A DNA stretch of 64,000 bases, from assembly GCF_006345805.1 (NCBI RefSeq), contig NC_042997.1, positions 47,492,001-47,556,000 on the forward strand, written 5' to 3'. Below, one piece after another: positions 27,750 through 41,532 of this stretch (position 1 is its first letter; each line of letters starts with the position of its first letter). The notes under the pieces are model-generated. The model searched no databases, was not told the DNA's origin, and was given only the letters and a program-made list of their open reading frames with translations. This DNA comes from Octopus sinensis (taxonomy: Eukaryota). A program made the translations under genes and the position numbers.

Positions 27750-27786
27750 AATAATAGTAATAATAATAATGATCATAATGTTGATC

Positions 27787-27854
<68 letters not shown>

Positions 27855-27972
27855 AATGATAATAATAATAATAATGGTAATAATGATAACGATAATAATA
27901 ATAATTAATAATAATAATAGTAATAATAATGATAATAATGATAATAATAATAATAATAGTAAGAAGAAGAAG

Positions 27973-28004
<32 letters not shown>

Positions 28005-28140
28005 ATGATAATAATAATAATAATATAATAATGATAATAATAATAATAACAACGATAACGATGACGATGATGATAATGATGATGATGACGACGATACGGA
28101 CAACAACAACAACAGCAGCAGCAGCAGCAAGAACAACAAA
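27750..28140. repeat. Compound AAT/GAT/GAC/AAC/CAG microsatellite
   Basis: Direct reading. Confidence 0.95.
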
Positions 28141-28939
28141 TAACGTAATAGCCAATTGGTTGCTAGTTCTCCCAGTATAGTAATAGTTGTTATAGTTAAA
28201 ACGTTTTCATACGAGCCAGACAGAAAAGAAATAAAACGTGAAATATAATTGTTGTAATTAGAATATTCAGTCTGAAATCTGAAAAAGAAACATTATCTTT
28301 GCTATGACAAAAGAGACAGGAACTTAATGTATCTGAAATCTGTTATGAATATCAACTGAAGGATTCTCTTCATCTTTTTGCAAATACCGAACGCTGTAGC
28401 TGCGACAATGAAAGGAGAAGGGAGGGAAATTTTCTCAAACTGGAAATAAGACCAGAATACATACAACAAAGAGCATTGCACTGAAGGTGCGAAAGGAGTT
28501 TCTGTCTTCGATAAAGCTAACAGAGAAGAACTAAAAACGAGTCAAAAAAAAAAAAAAGAAATGAATGCACGAGAAACTCAGAGGTGAATTGTAGTTGGGA
28601 AATAGAAAAGATTTGCAATAGAAATAGATATAAGACAGCATTGCTTGACTAACGCAGGATGCAAAAATAAGATAGAGGATTCTTGATTGTGCTACAGGAT
28701 TAAAAACCTCCCAGAAGCCACGAACACGTACCGAAGCTGACGATAGTTGTAAAAGCGAAATAAGCAGAGGATGGGAAAAAAATTATTTGCACAGTCTACA
28801 GCATAGTCAAAAGTGTGTTCAGTTTTTAGCAAACGGGAATATAACTAGAACTTTAAAATGTTTTTGGTGACGACGACGACAACGACGATGAAGAGGCGGA
28901 GGAGGAGGATGCGAAAGAAGTTATCAATTTACGTAGACA

Positions 28940-29110
28940 GGAAAATGAAAGTTAATCGACCGGATATTGATATCAAAAGGATATCTAGAAAATTAAGTAT
29001 TCCTAATCGAAGTATGTCTGCCGATATATAATATTCTGTCACTAAACGAAATGGAGTAATTTTCCAGAAATAACAATTCGGAAACGCAGGTGACGAGATT
29101 GAGAAGAGAG
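28940..29110 (+). mobile_element. Possible highly degraded R4/Dong-like RLE fragment
   Basis: KMKVNRPDIDIK...SADI resembles KIKANRPDIVIK..VPAD. Confidence 0.35.
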
Positions 29111-30205
29111 AGAACAGTAATAATCTATGTAATAAAATATTTTGCGAATGATTGTAGAAAACTGACCTCAGAAACATATCCAAAATTCCGTGACTTATCA
29201 ATTTACCCAAAACAAACACACAGACAATGTCATAAGTCGGTAATAGAGACTTGTTGAATTGAGTATTTTCCATACAGTATAAAATATACGATAATAAACG
29301 AAATACTTCACATATCCACTGCACGTATATACGCGAGCTGCAGTGCAGCAAAATATACAAAAAGAAAAATAATAATATGGTAAATTAAACTACCCAATAT
29401 AATGACGATTAATTAATTACACAAAGGCGACGGATTAGGGATCATGACAAGTGGAAACTATAAAAAAAAACTGCGATTTTGCTCAGTGTTCAATTTTGAA
29501 ACGTAATCATGTGCAAAAGTAGTATATAAAAAGATTTAAAGGAAGGACATCTAGGGTTAACCTCTCAATGGCGAGAACCATCTCACACCTCCTATCCTCA
29601 GTATACATGCCCACGCTTAAATTTAGCTCATTTATCCATCCCATTATTTCAACACAAACAGCCATATTTTCAGCAACACCATATTTTCTATCTTCATCCT
29701 CTTTTTCAAGTGGAGCGTTAAGAAACTGACTGCGTTTGTCCTAATCATGAAATATCACTTTGCCACAGCCACAGGTGTGCCTGATATTCATAGCTAAAGA
29801 TGTCAGGTGTAATCCTCCACATGAATTCGTCTTCACTGACAGCGTGAATTACTGAGGAATTGTAAAGCGTGACTAAAAGGATTCTGTCATACTACGCATT
29901 TCTAGGACAAGCTTGGTTGCCTATAGTATTGTACCAGTTGTGTTTACCCTCAACCAGTAATACCACAGTCTTGCTATCATTCCAACGCCAGAGATTTCTG
30001 GAAGTTATTCATCGGCTCAGGACTGTATCATCTTCAAGTGTATGATGTTCAATTGATTTCTTTTGACACGAGACACTGTGCGTACTCTACGCAATGTAAT
30101 GAAAACCCGCAACGAAAATATAACTGAAACACCGATATCAATTATAGTATTAGTAGTAGTAGTGGTGGTGGCGGCGGCGGTGGTAGTAGTAGTAGTAGTG
30201 GTGGC

Positions 30206-30236
<31 letters not shown>

Positions 30237-30289
30237 GTAATGAAGCAGGCCAGATAGGACTATTTGAAGTAGGAGATAAAAAGACTATA

Positions 30290-30461
30290 ATCATTGATGA
30301 ATATGACCGCCGTACCTGTTGTTATTGGATCCCTAGGAGCTATAACTACGAAGTCAATAACCTAAATTGAAAAGATAGGATTAAATGTGAAGACATAGTA
30401 TCTACAGAAAATCGCGTTGCTGGGAATAGCAGAAATCCCCTGCGAAGTCTTCGAACTTTGA
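30290..30461 (+). mobile_element. Degraded R4/Dong-like RLE C-terminal fragment
   Basis: PVVIGSLGAI...IEKIG...LQKIALLGIAEI..VFEL* with internal stops. Confidence 0.65.
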
Positions 30462-32409
30462 ATAAAGAGTGTCACCTTTGTTCTTTGGTTGTGGACAGGT
30501 AACACTTTGTTACATTGCCTACGGAAGGTGCCAAAGTAAACAAGAATAACAACGCAAGAATCTAAGCTATGCTGCAGTTTGAATAACCACTGCACTGTGT
30601 AAGGGGAAATACTAAATATATCAACAGTAACGAAAAATGCAAGTAACGGGACGGGAAATAAACATGGTAAGGGTCAATTAGAAATAATATTAATGCCATT
30701 AGCTATGAAACTGAATTATTTAAGAGTACCAAGAGCAAAGAAAATGGATAAGAGGTCAGATTCTAAGAAGCTAAATATAAAATATAGCATAAAATGTATA
30801 AGCGAATTCGATGAAGTGACCGAACAAAAGCATCAAGCAAAATATCCAAAACTTTGTCACACGTATAAAGAATTATCTAGAGTAAAGATCAAACTGCTTC
30901 AAGGATAAAATTATGTTCCAAGACAATACTGAACATCCTTTGCAAAAGAAAATACAAAACCTCTGAAGCCACACTTCTTAAGTAGAAGTAGTGCAAACGT
31001 TTTGGAAATGAATCCGTTCGAATAATAATTAATGCAATCGTCATGATCCTTGACACTGAACGTATTAAAAAGTAGACATTGAAAGATATCTCTGCTCTGT
31101 AATATGTTTTGGTAAGCTATCTCTGTTGAAGCTCTCAGACCAACACTGAGAAAATATAGTAAATGGAAATAACACGGAGTAGAAAGAATATCTAACTGCT
31201 GAAAATGAAAGAAAATGTTGTCCTGAGCAAGATTTGAACTCACTACATGAGAAACCAGTATAAATAGGTATTCTGCCCAATTTCCATTTAACATGTCAGC
31301 ACACCTAATATTGATAATGGTTTCAAAATTAGGCACCAGCACCGAAATTTAGAAAAGCTATCGCTAACAGTACTTGACTGGTACTTTATTCTATAGACCC
31401 AGAGGGTGGAAAACAAAGTCTACATTGGTAGGATTTCAACGCATATTGCGAAGAGCATAAAGAAAGAGCACAAGTTATTTTTTGGAGTCTCTAACGATTC
31501 TGACTGGCAACTTCCTCTCATACGTTAATTCTCATAATGCGCCAAGTCGCTAAACAGCATTTCTTAAATGTATAAAGTGTTAGTTTTCACTAAGCTAAAT
31601 AGAATTTAGCAATACATGTTTGCCCCCTTTATAAATATAAAGTTTTGGCTTAAACACCCATACGCGTTTACAAATAAGGGTATTGTCCAACAAAGAAAGG
31701 TATAGAACGACAGAGAACTGAAGAAAGATGAAAATGAATATATAAATGTGTGTGTATTTGTGTGTATTTTGTGTATGTATGTATTGCGATGCCAGTTGAA
31801 AGTAGTCGTGTAATTGTGTTTCGCTGAATAACGTATCATCACACCGTTTAAATATGATAATGTATATCTCACAATATTCAAGTTCTTACTATTTTCCCCC
31901 CATATTTTAAAGTTGCTCTTCACTTCAGACTATGATTTGCAACGTATCTTACACAGTGCGGTACATATGAAAGAATCGGTTTAAATTACATTAGAAACTA
32001 CAGTTTAGAATCTACTTTGGAGTTAGGCTATTTTATTGATATTTTTATGTCACTAAAATCTAAAAGATGAAAGAAGGATGTACAATTTTATGGGAGTAGA
32101 ACACAAATCATAATCGGTGTATTTAGCAATAACCGGATATATTATGAGAAAAAGTGCATTTAAACGCTCAGTCGTGGCGTTTCAATACCGTCTAAAGAAT
32201 TACATTGCAGCTGGATTAACCAATATCCTTTGAAGAATACGACATTCAGAAACTATAGTCCACTCGTAGGAGTGTCATATGAAAAGAAAAGCTACCATTA
32301 TGGAAAACTATGAATATACATATATTGTTCGCACTGCATGATAATCTATTACTTGGCAGCAAAACTAATACGTGTATTTCTACAAAAGCTTTCGTATAAT
32401 ACAATACAT

Positions 32410-32441
32410 GCATATATATGTATATGTGTGTGTATGTATAT

Positions 32442-32483
<42 letters not shown>

Positions 32484-32640
32484 CATACACATACATACAT
32501 AAATAGATATGTATATATATATATGCATATATATATCTATGTGCGTATGTATATTTGTATATATATATAAACATATATTCACAAAACACCAATACATATA
32601 CATAATGATATATATGTCTATATATGTATGCATGTATGTA

Positions 32641-32707
<67 letters not shown>

Positions 32708-32743
32708 ATATATATATATGTATATGTCTTCGTGTATAGCTAT

Positions 32744-32775
<32 letters not shown>

Positions 32776-32902
32776 GTCTTCGTGTATAGCTATGTATATA
32801 TATAAATATATGCATATATATATGTACATGCATATTTATGTATATATATATCTATATATCTATCTATCTATATGTGTATACATACATATGTATGTATGTA
32901 AG

Positions 32903-32970
<68 letters not shown>
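32410..32970. repeat. TA/TATC-rich low-complexity array
   Basis: Direct reading. Confidence 0.95.
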
Positions 32971-33319
32971 GCACATATATGAGTTCGTGCTTGTAATCAA
33001 ATGTATAAGTAGTAAGCAATACTAAAAAGTATATAAAACAGGAAACAAAGAAGATAAACCGCATTCTATCGAACAAAAGAACATACAAGCTTGAAAGGAA
33101 AACTTGTTAAAAAGGGAAAATAAAGGCAAAGAAAGTACGACAAAGAACAGGTGTGTAAGGCTTCAGCCTGTATAATTATACACATGGCAATGTAAGGAGT
33201 ATGAGAGAAATAAAACAAAATGAAACCCAGATATTTAGCATAATTTGTTAGTAATTGGTAATGTTTAATATTCAATTATTCCCTAATAACAAATCTGTTC
33301 CGTGCTTTCAAAGGAAGCC

Positions 33320-33366
<47 letters not shown>

Positions 33367-33524
33367 TTCACACATACAATCGAAAATCAAAAATAGAATA
33401 AAAACTGATACAACAAAGACAGCAACAACAACTATAACAACTAGAACAATAATGGCAATGGTTTCAAATTGTGGTACAATACCAGCAATTAATCGATTTC
33501 ATGGTTTCCATTAATTGATTTCCC

Positions 33525-34226
33525 TTTCTATTATTTTATTGACGCGGGATGTATAAAAGGGCAAAGTCGACCTCGGCGGGATTTGAGCTTAGAACTCTGG
33601 AAACTTGCTTCTGAAATTAAAATAATACCAATCTTTTCTTCTATAGGCAAGTGGCCTGAGAAAGAGGGCAAGTCAATGACATCGACTCCAGTTCTCGACT
33701 GGTACTTATTATATCGACCTCGAAAAGATGAAGCTAAGGTCGACCTCCATGGAATCTGCGTAGCGAGTTGCATGAAATGCCTCTATGCCCGATTTTGCCC
33801 GATTGCTAACGGCTTTGCCCGCTCACTGCTGTTACAATACTTGCAATAATCATTTCTGCTTAGACATAAGGCTTGAAATTTTGCAGGAGGAAGCCAGTCG
33901 ATTACATTTACATCAATGTTCAACTGGTATTTATTTTGATGGACACTGAAATGATGAAAATTTGAAGTCAGAACGTAGTGACGAACGAACATGCCGGTAA
34001 GCAATTTGGAAGGCGCACAAATGATTGTACTACTCGTTGCCTTAGAGGATTTTTCGAATTGTTCCCACAATACTTGGAAGGGGCTAGTCAGCCACGGGTA
34101 CTTTATTTTATCGATGCGATAGGAATGGAAAGCAAATTTGACTTCGGTGCATTTGAACTTAGAACGGAAAGAAATACCGCTACGAATTGTATCCGTCGTG
34201 CTAACGATTTCTACCAGCTCACCGCG
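33525..34226 (-). mobile_element. Cluster of degraded family M SINE fragments
   Basis: Repeated aaaggg/gcaaagtcgacctcggcgg, ctggtacttatt and ctaacgatt motifs. Confidence 0.6.
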
Positions 34227-34268
<42 letters not shown>

Positions 34269-34269
34269 G

Positions 34270-34941
34270 ATGCCCTGATGCAATACCAGGCGGTGGCTAT
34301 GTCCTGATGCAGTGCCATGCAGTGGCTATGCCCTGATGCAGTACCAGGCAGTGGATATGCCCTGATGCAGTACCAGGCAGTGGCTATGCGCTGATGCAGT
34401 ACCAGGCAGTGGCTCTCATGGCTCCTTATCTTAACTGATTGGAAGTTTTATTATGTACATTGTTTTGTCTTGGTATAAAAGATAGGCTACAGCAAATATT
34501 CTGCTCAATACCACAGATTAGTTTGTCAGTTGCTTGACCTTAACCAGGTGAGCATGTCCCTTAGTGGCTGACGATATGTGCATCTCTGATCACGAGCAGA
34601 AGTAGTGGGGGAGCATCATAGCCATGTGTTGAGAGGGATTCTTTGGGGCTTGAATAATGCACCTCTGGAAACATGGGTGTTTCGTTCAACATCCTTAAAT
34701 AACCCTTATTCAGAGACCTTTTGAGCGGGGTGAGTTACTCGACAAGAAGAAAATTCTAACTGGGCCCCACCTGCAAGGTCATGTGCTGTTTATTTTGATA
34801 TGAGATCACCATGTCGCGCACATATGGTTGTGATGCATGTGCCTAGTGTACCCTTATCAGACTGGTAGTCATGATGGGTATACTGGGCTTCGTATATTTT
34901 ACCCCAGGGTCACTTTGATGGCATGCACTGCTCTCTCACTC
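34270..34941 (+). mobile_element. Family X retroposon with five tandem 29-bp units at its 5' end
   Basis: Homology to 58838-59388; (TAA)n on both flanks; unit atgccctgatgcagtaccaggcagtggct x5 at 34270-34414. Confidence 0.8.
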
Positions 34942-36253
34942 AATAATAATAATAATAATAATAATATAATAGTCTTTACTTCAGGCACTAGCGCTAAAAT
35001 TTTAGTGGAGGGGTTTAGTCAACTACATTGGCCCCATTCCAAGGAAATATCCATATCTTGCACAAGCGACTGTCTATTGAATAAGTACCTAATCTTGTTA
35101 AGCAGCTATCCATCAATTTTCTTTTTGTTTTTCCCAAGTGATATCCTGAAGTCTCCTACTGCGTGATTGGAGATCTCGGCGGTGCTACAATGACGGAATT
35201 AGTTCAACCGTAAATCATAAGATAATCTACTACTGATTTACGCTTATATTACTAGTTTATATATCATTAAAAACAATAATTTACTATATGATACTTTCAA
35301 AATATGAACATAAATTCACTAGTATTGAAAGTACGGGAATTAATTTTCCGCATCATTACGAGCCGATATATAAATGAATGGATGCGTGCCAAAAGGGGTA
35401 AAGAAAATACTGTATTAAAATGTACGATCGTGAAAATTATAGATATACATATACATGTGAATGCATAAAAAAAATATAGATGCGAATTGAGGTCGAAGAC
35501 ACTGGGATTTAATATGCATAGCACAGTAAGAAAAATAGCAAAACCGAACAATCTAGATGAACGTTTCTATGTATTATAAAATAACCGGAATATAGATTAA
35601 AATGCAACATACACAAGCTGGAATGGTAATGAGGAACAAGGAGAGGATGATTCTAAATTAGAACTAATAACTCTATTTTTACATTTAGGATAATGTGATA
35701 TAGAATAAAATTTGGCGGTCATATTTCTGATGCTGCAGAGGACATTTTCTGAAATTTAGATACAAACACACACACACATACACACACACACACTCACACA
35801 CAGACACACACACGCACAAACACACACAAACAAGCAAACAAACAAACATACACTCACACTCTCTGTCTAGCTCACATATACACATAGACACACATAATAC
35901 ATCATAAAGGAAAATAGTGAATCATACATTTTACAAAATTTGTTTATTAAAGTATTATTTTCAATAAATTCCAATCCCACTTGTGTTTCTGCTGGATAAG
36001 TGTCCTGTGTCTTTTGATCTTGTAATTATGTGTATTTAGTCGATTAATATTAAATCAATTGCAATAAAAATTTATGAAAACACTAACATTTCTATGCACG
36101 TTTATTTATGGTGTTACCCATACGAGTGACTGATGCGATCTCGATTCTGGATGTTCCCTATCATACAATGTGGTTAGTCATATTTGTATCAAAGGGCTCA
36201 GTTTAAAATCTCTATTCCTTTACGTTATATATACATACATATATATATATATA

Positions 36254-36300
<47 letters not shown>

Positions 36301-36304
<4 letters not shown>

Positions 36305-36483
36305 AGAATTATTGAATTTCTAAATCTCTCGTAGAGACATGTACGGTGGTGGGGCGATAGAATGGTTGTATAATGTCAATCTAACAAGAATGTGACAGTA
36401 GGGGGTACACCTACAGCGGTGGTGTACCCCCTACTGTCACGTTCTTGTTAGATTGACAGTATACAACCATTCTATATATATAT

Positions 36484-36521
<38 letters not shown>

Positions 36522-36687
36522 ATAAGAATTATTGAATTTCTAAATCTCTCGTAGAGACATGTACGGTGGTGGGGCGATAGAATGGTTGTATAATGTCAAT
36601 CTAACAAGAATGTGACAGTAGGGGGTACACCTACAGCGGTGGTGTACCCCCTACTGTCACGTTCTTGTTAGATTGACAGTATACAAC

Positions 36688-36695
<8 letters not shown>
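36301..36695. repeat. Tandem duplication (220-bp period) of a 175-bp unit containing a 55-bp-arm hairpin, separated by (TA)n
   Basis: Units start at 36301 and 36521; arms 36357-36411 / 36421-36475 with 2 mismatches. Confidence 0.95.
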
Positions 36696-36746
<51 letters not shown>

Positions 36747-36823
36747 CACACATATATATATAATTAGAAGGTTAAAAAGGAACACACGAGTTGATATGTA
36801 TAAGGAAAAACACAAACACACTA

Positions 36824-36860
<37 letters not shown>

Positions 36861-39013
36861 CGTGTATGTGTGTATAGATAGATATATACGTACATCCATT
36901 CACATTTATGAATGTATGTGCATATATATATACATATATATACATACACACACACATATATATATATATACATATGTAAATTGATGGGAATGCCCATGCG
37001 ATAACTTGGCTCGTATGTGTGATACGGAGTATCTATATAGCCTTTTGTCTAGTGTGTGTTCTTATGCGTGAATGCAGTTCAAGTATATGAAAAGAGATTT
37101 GTTATATTAAGAAAATTGGTTGATATTTAATAAAATACCCTACTAATTGTTTCAACGTATTGTTTTATAACTCAGGAAATAGAATGCAGGAAATTTTAAG
37201 GGCCATGAAACGGATAACAAAACGTGAATAATCGTGCATTAATGAAATGTATCCCTAACACTATCAGGTTAAATCAGAAATGGTTATTTTAATAGGTGAA
37301 GTTATTCTATCACTTTTATTAGATCCATGTAATATGTAAACCAATATGTATGCAAACGAAGCTGGTAATAGTAACTGTTCCAAAAAAAAATTATATTTGA
37401 AATGGAGGGAAAATATGATTTAGTATTATTCAGAAATAATCGCTGTAGCAGGGTAGTGCCATTTTAACACAATCTAATGAGATGCACGCGTATAAACATG
37501 TACGTGTTAAAATAGAAATCACTAATGTTAGGTAAACGAAATTAAATTTAAACTTTAAATTCTAATAGGAATAGATTTTAGTAAAATGATCGTTTTAGCA
37601 CTGAGTGGTAAAAAGTATGTGAGTATGAAATTATACAAATTATAACATTGCGCAAAAACATTTTCTACATAGTTATTTGTGTTAGTATAAAAATAGCATG
37701 TGCAGTTATTGTTAAGACAAATATTCACCGTTGCAAGTGGATTTTAGTTCGTTGGCAAAGTAAGTTAAGAGTGAGAAAGAATTAATGATGGTACAAAAGA
37801 TATGTTATGGTAAGGATAGAGCATAGTATAAACTTTGTACTTATGGAATATAAATCAATGCGGTACTCATAGTATAAATCAACGAGTAGTCAGCATATAA
37901 TGCTAGTTCTGAATAAACCATTAATATCTACCTGTTGGTATAAATTAGAATTTCAATATCATGTAATATTCACGTAGACATTAGGATAAGAGACCTGAAT
38001 GAACATAAAGAAGGGACGAGTTTTGAACTATTTTTTACATTCATTATCGACAAGTGTTTATACTGTAAACGTAAGATTTGTTGACAGATAGAATGATTCA
38101 CATAATATACTGCACTCAAACGATGACTAAAACACCGAATGTTATAACATGTCAATCACATATCCACATATTCATGAATAAAATGTTGGTGATTATCACT
38201 TTTAAACAAGTCGCGAGATGAAGTACTTGTGATTTCTAAGCTAGGTTTCGTAAATATGTACTTTTCATAAATGTATTACATGCCATTTCAGTCACACTTC
38301 TCTTGTAACTACTTCTTTACACTAAGATAATTAAGGTTACTTATTCCAGTAAACAGGTCGAGATAGATTTACCATTCTTTGATCAGTTCTAGGCGTATCC
38401 AAAACGTACCAGTTTATGTACGATTTCCGTTCAGTAGTGACCAAGCAGAAGATTTCCATGTCTTCAACATACACTTTCTTCTATGCGGGCACCGACTAAA
38501 CACCTCACTTTTGGGATCTGAGAAGACGCCAGAGTCAAGCGTATACACAATGCAAACTTTTCTTGGCTTAAGAACAAGGATCTTAAAAAATTCTGTTTAT
38601 TAAGAGGATGAATTGTTAACACCGGTAAGAAAGGCTCATGTAGTCTGACGTTAAATGTGTCTTGGAAATGTACATTATGATTGGTAGAGGATTCAAATGT
38701 AAAAAACAAAACTGTACAAGTTTGAGAATGTGATTGGTTTATAAGGAGTGAGGTAATTATAATTGGAAAAGATCTCAAATGTTTGCAGGAGTAGAGGCAG
38801 GTCTAGTAATACATTTATTCATAGTTAAATTCTCACTAAAAAGTCTTTCGTACCATTAATAAACAAAAGATTTGGAATGGTTTATACAATTTCGTTTAGA
38901 ACGAGTATTTAGAAGCTAGAGTCCTATGATAAACAGTATTACAACATATCAAGAAAGGAGGTTACATGTTCTTTATAAGTGTGGGCACTGTTTTTTGTTA
39001 TTTCTCTAATGAA

Positions 39014-41532
39014 TGTTACAACAGATAGAGTGGTCCAAATAAAATATAAAGAGTAACGATACGAGTGAATTCGGAGTTCGGAGTCGAGTGAATTTAGAGT
39101 TAATTCGCGGTGAAGTCGGTAGGTATCGGCTGGTTAGTTCAAAGAGAATACTTATTGTTGGTTCGTTAAGAGATTTGTTAGTTCGTTACATTGTTTTGCT
39201 GCTGTCTGGTTATTTTATTTATTGTTCGTAACAGATTACGTTACAACATCTGGCGACGAAGGTTTCGAAGCTCACGTAGGTTATTTAAAAATTTGTTCGT
39301 AATACAACTTGTTAAATAATAGAAAACCTATTTAGCTTCCATAGTACAGTTGCAAAAGCATCAAGAGCGGCAACAAGAGTTGCAGAAGCAACAACTACAA
39401 CAACGATTATTGAGACTGTGTTCAAAGAAGTCAAAAACTGAGGTAATTTCGTTTTCGCCAGACGGCGTTTCAAACTCCATTTATGAATTCAGCGATACCC
39501 CAGAGGAGGGTATAACTTTTGCATCGTACTACAGAAAGTACGAGAATTTTCAGCAAGATTGCAAATCATGGTCGGGCGAACAAAAACTGAGAATGTTATT
39601 GCAAAAAGTAGCGCCGTTAGAACATGAACGTTACTGTAACTTCATATTTTCCCCCCAAAAAAACAATGAAATATGTTTTAAAGAAACAATAGAATTACTA
39701 TCTAACATATTCGGTGACAAAACGTCTCTTTTTAAAACTCGAATGGAGTTTTGGAGTATAACATAAAAAGAAAAGGATGATTTTATCACATACGCAGGAA
39801 CAGTCAACAGGATGTGCGTATGTTTTTAATCAAAGAATTCACATCTGAGATATTCAAGTGTCTTATTTTCGTATAATGCCTTACAACAAGCGAAGATGCA
39901 GAAATTTGGGAAATAATTCTGTTTGAATTGGAACATGAGAACCAAGATCTAAACTTAAAGCCCGTGGCAGAAGAATGCCAAAGGATGGTTGGCCTGAAAT
40001 ACGATGTAGAACAAATTCAAGGAAAGGATGTCTCAGAAACACAAATATGGTGATTGAAATGACACTATCACGGCCTCTTCTAGCGGTTCCACGCTCTGGG
40101 GAATTAGCCTTGATAAGCAGGCTGCATTACCAATTTTCTTCAATGGAATATGCAGCATCTTATAAATTGTAGTTCAGCAATATTGTGCCCCAGAGTTGTA
40201 TTCGGTTCGCTGTATGGGTAAGCAATCCTTTCTTTGATCCAAAAATCGATCGTGATGATCGATGGTCGGTTTGTAACAAACAACGTGACATTAGTCCACA
40301 TATCGTCTATTGTGTGTAATATAGTCCAGGAACTGCCGGTGTGAGCACATGATATCAAAATGAAATCCGTAAAGGATAGTTACATTACCAGAATAAAAGA
40401 AACCTTGAAAAATAAGCATAATAAAAATAAAAATTCAAATAATTTCTCACTATGCGACGATGTCTTAATGTACGCGTGGAGAGCAATACTACCAGGTGCA
40501 CTATAGGAACGAATATTGCAACAATTCCACTGTGGGCACCCGGGAGAGTCCAAAATAAAAGCTTAATGAAAAGCATTGTACATTGGCCGACTATGGACAT
40601 GGGCATCAAACATTTAGTGAAAGTATGTAGTATGTAGAGGTTGTGCGTTGGCAACCAAAGTACCACCAGTAAAATGACAATCGTGGCCGGAGACCGAGAA
40701 TATATAGAATAACGCCAAATCTAAATACTAATTCAGGAAAGTCACCAGCTGAGTTAACGTTCGAGCGTAGAATAAAATCAATTTTCGATAAATTATTGCC
40801 AGGAAAAAAAAATAGATATAAAAGAAAGACAAAAATATATTTGAAGGAAATACAAGAAATATTACAAAACATTTCAAAGTGAGATATAAAGTTCAATTAA
40901 AAGATTACATAATAGTAAAGAAGGTTGGGAGGTTGGCTGTGCAATCACAAGATTAGGTAATGTGATGTATTTAATTAGAGGACAACGGTCGGAATATAAG
41001 AGACACCTTAACCAGTTAAAAGATAAGACATACAGAAGAACGAAGGATAATACCAATGGAACTCTTCTATGATATGTTTGAAGTACCAGCACCGAGAAAT
41101 ATTGAACCCCGTAGAACCAGAAAATGAAAACAGACTGAAAATCTGGAAGTAATACCTAAACGAAAGATATATTAATTTGCAAAAATAAAAAGGAAGATAA
41201 TATTAACCTTTCAAAAATAAGAAAAGACAAGTGTGCTTAGTTTAACGAATGAAAAAGTGCTGTGTGCAATGAACAATTTAAGCAGAAAGAAAGAAAGAGA
41301 GGGAGAGAGTGAGAGAGGTGCTGGAAAGAAAAGAAAAAAGAGTAAAAATAAAAGAAATTTCACTTTCTCATAGTAGTTGAAATCTCAAAAGGGGAGATGT
41401 TGTGATGAGAGATACGACACCCCCTTGCAAGTGATAGACTGGTTCAAGTAAAGTATGAATTGTAACGATCCAAGTGAGTTCGGAGTCGAATGAAGTTCGT
41501 TTAAGTTCGCAGCGAAGTCAGAAAGTGTCGGT
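39014..41532 (+). mobile_element. Degraded Gypsy (Mag-clade-like) LTR retrotransposon: 5'LTR, PBS, gag, inverted RNase H, integrase pieces, PPT, partial 3'LTR; protease/RT deleted
   Basis: LTR end ttacaaca (39248) followed by PBS-like tggcgacga (39251). Gag TFASYYRKY..LRMLL..EHERY..ETIELL..IFG. Integrase FHCGHPG..WP..CRGC (40525-40644) and KRHLNQL. PPT aaaaggggaga followed by TGTTGT at 41398; the downstream sequence is homologous to 39025-39130. Confidence 0.85.

Noticed and set aside
34270-34414. CRISPR-like 29-bp repeat array
   Set aside because: Units are contiguous with no unique spacers; eukaryotic context; no cas genes.
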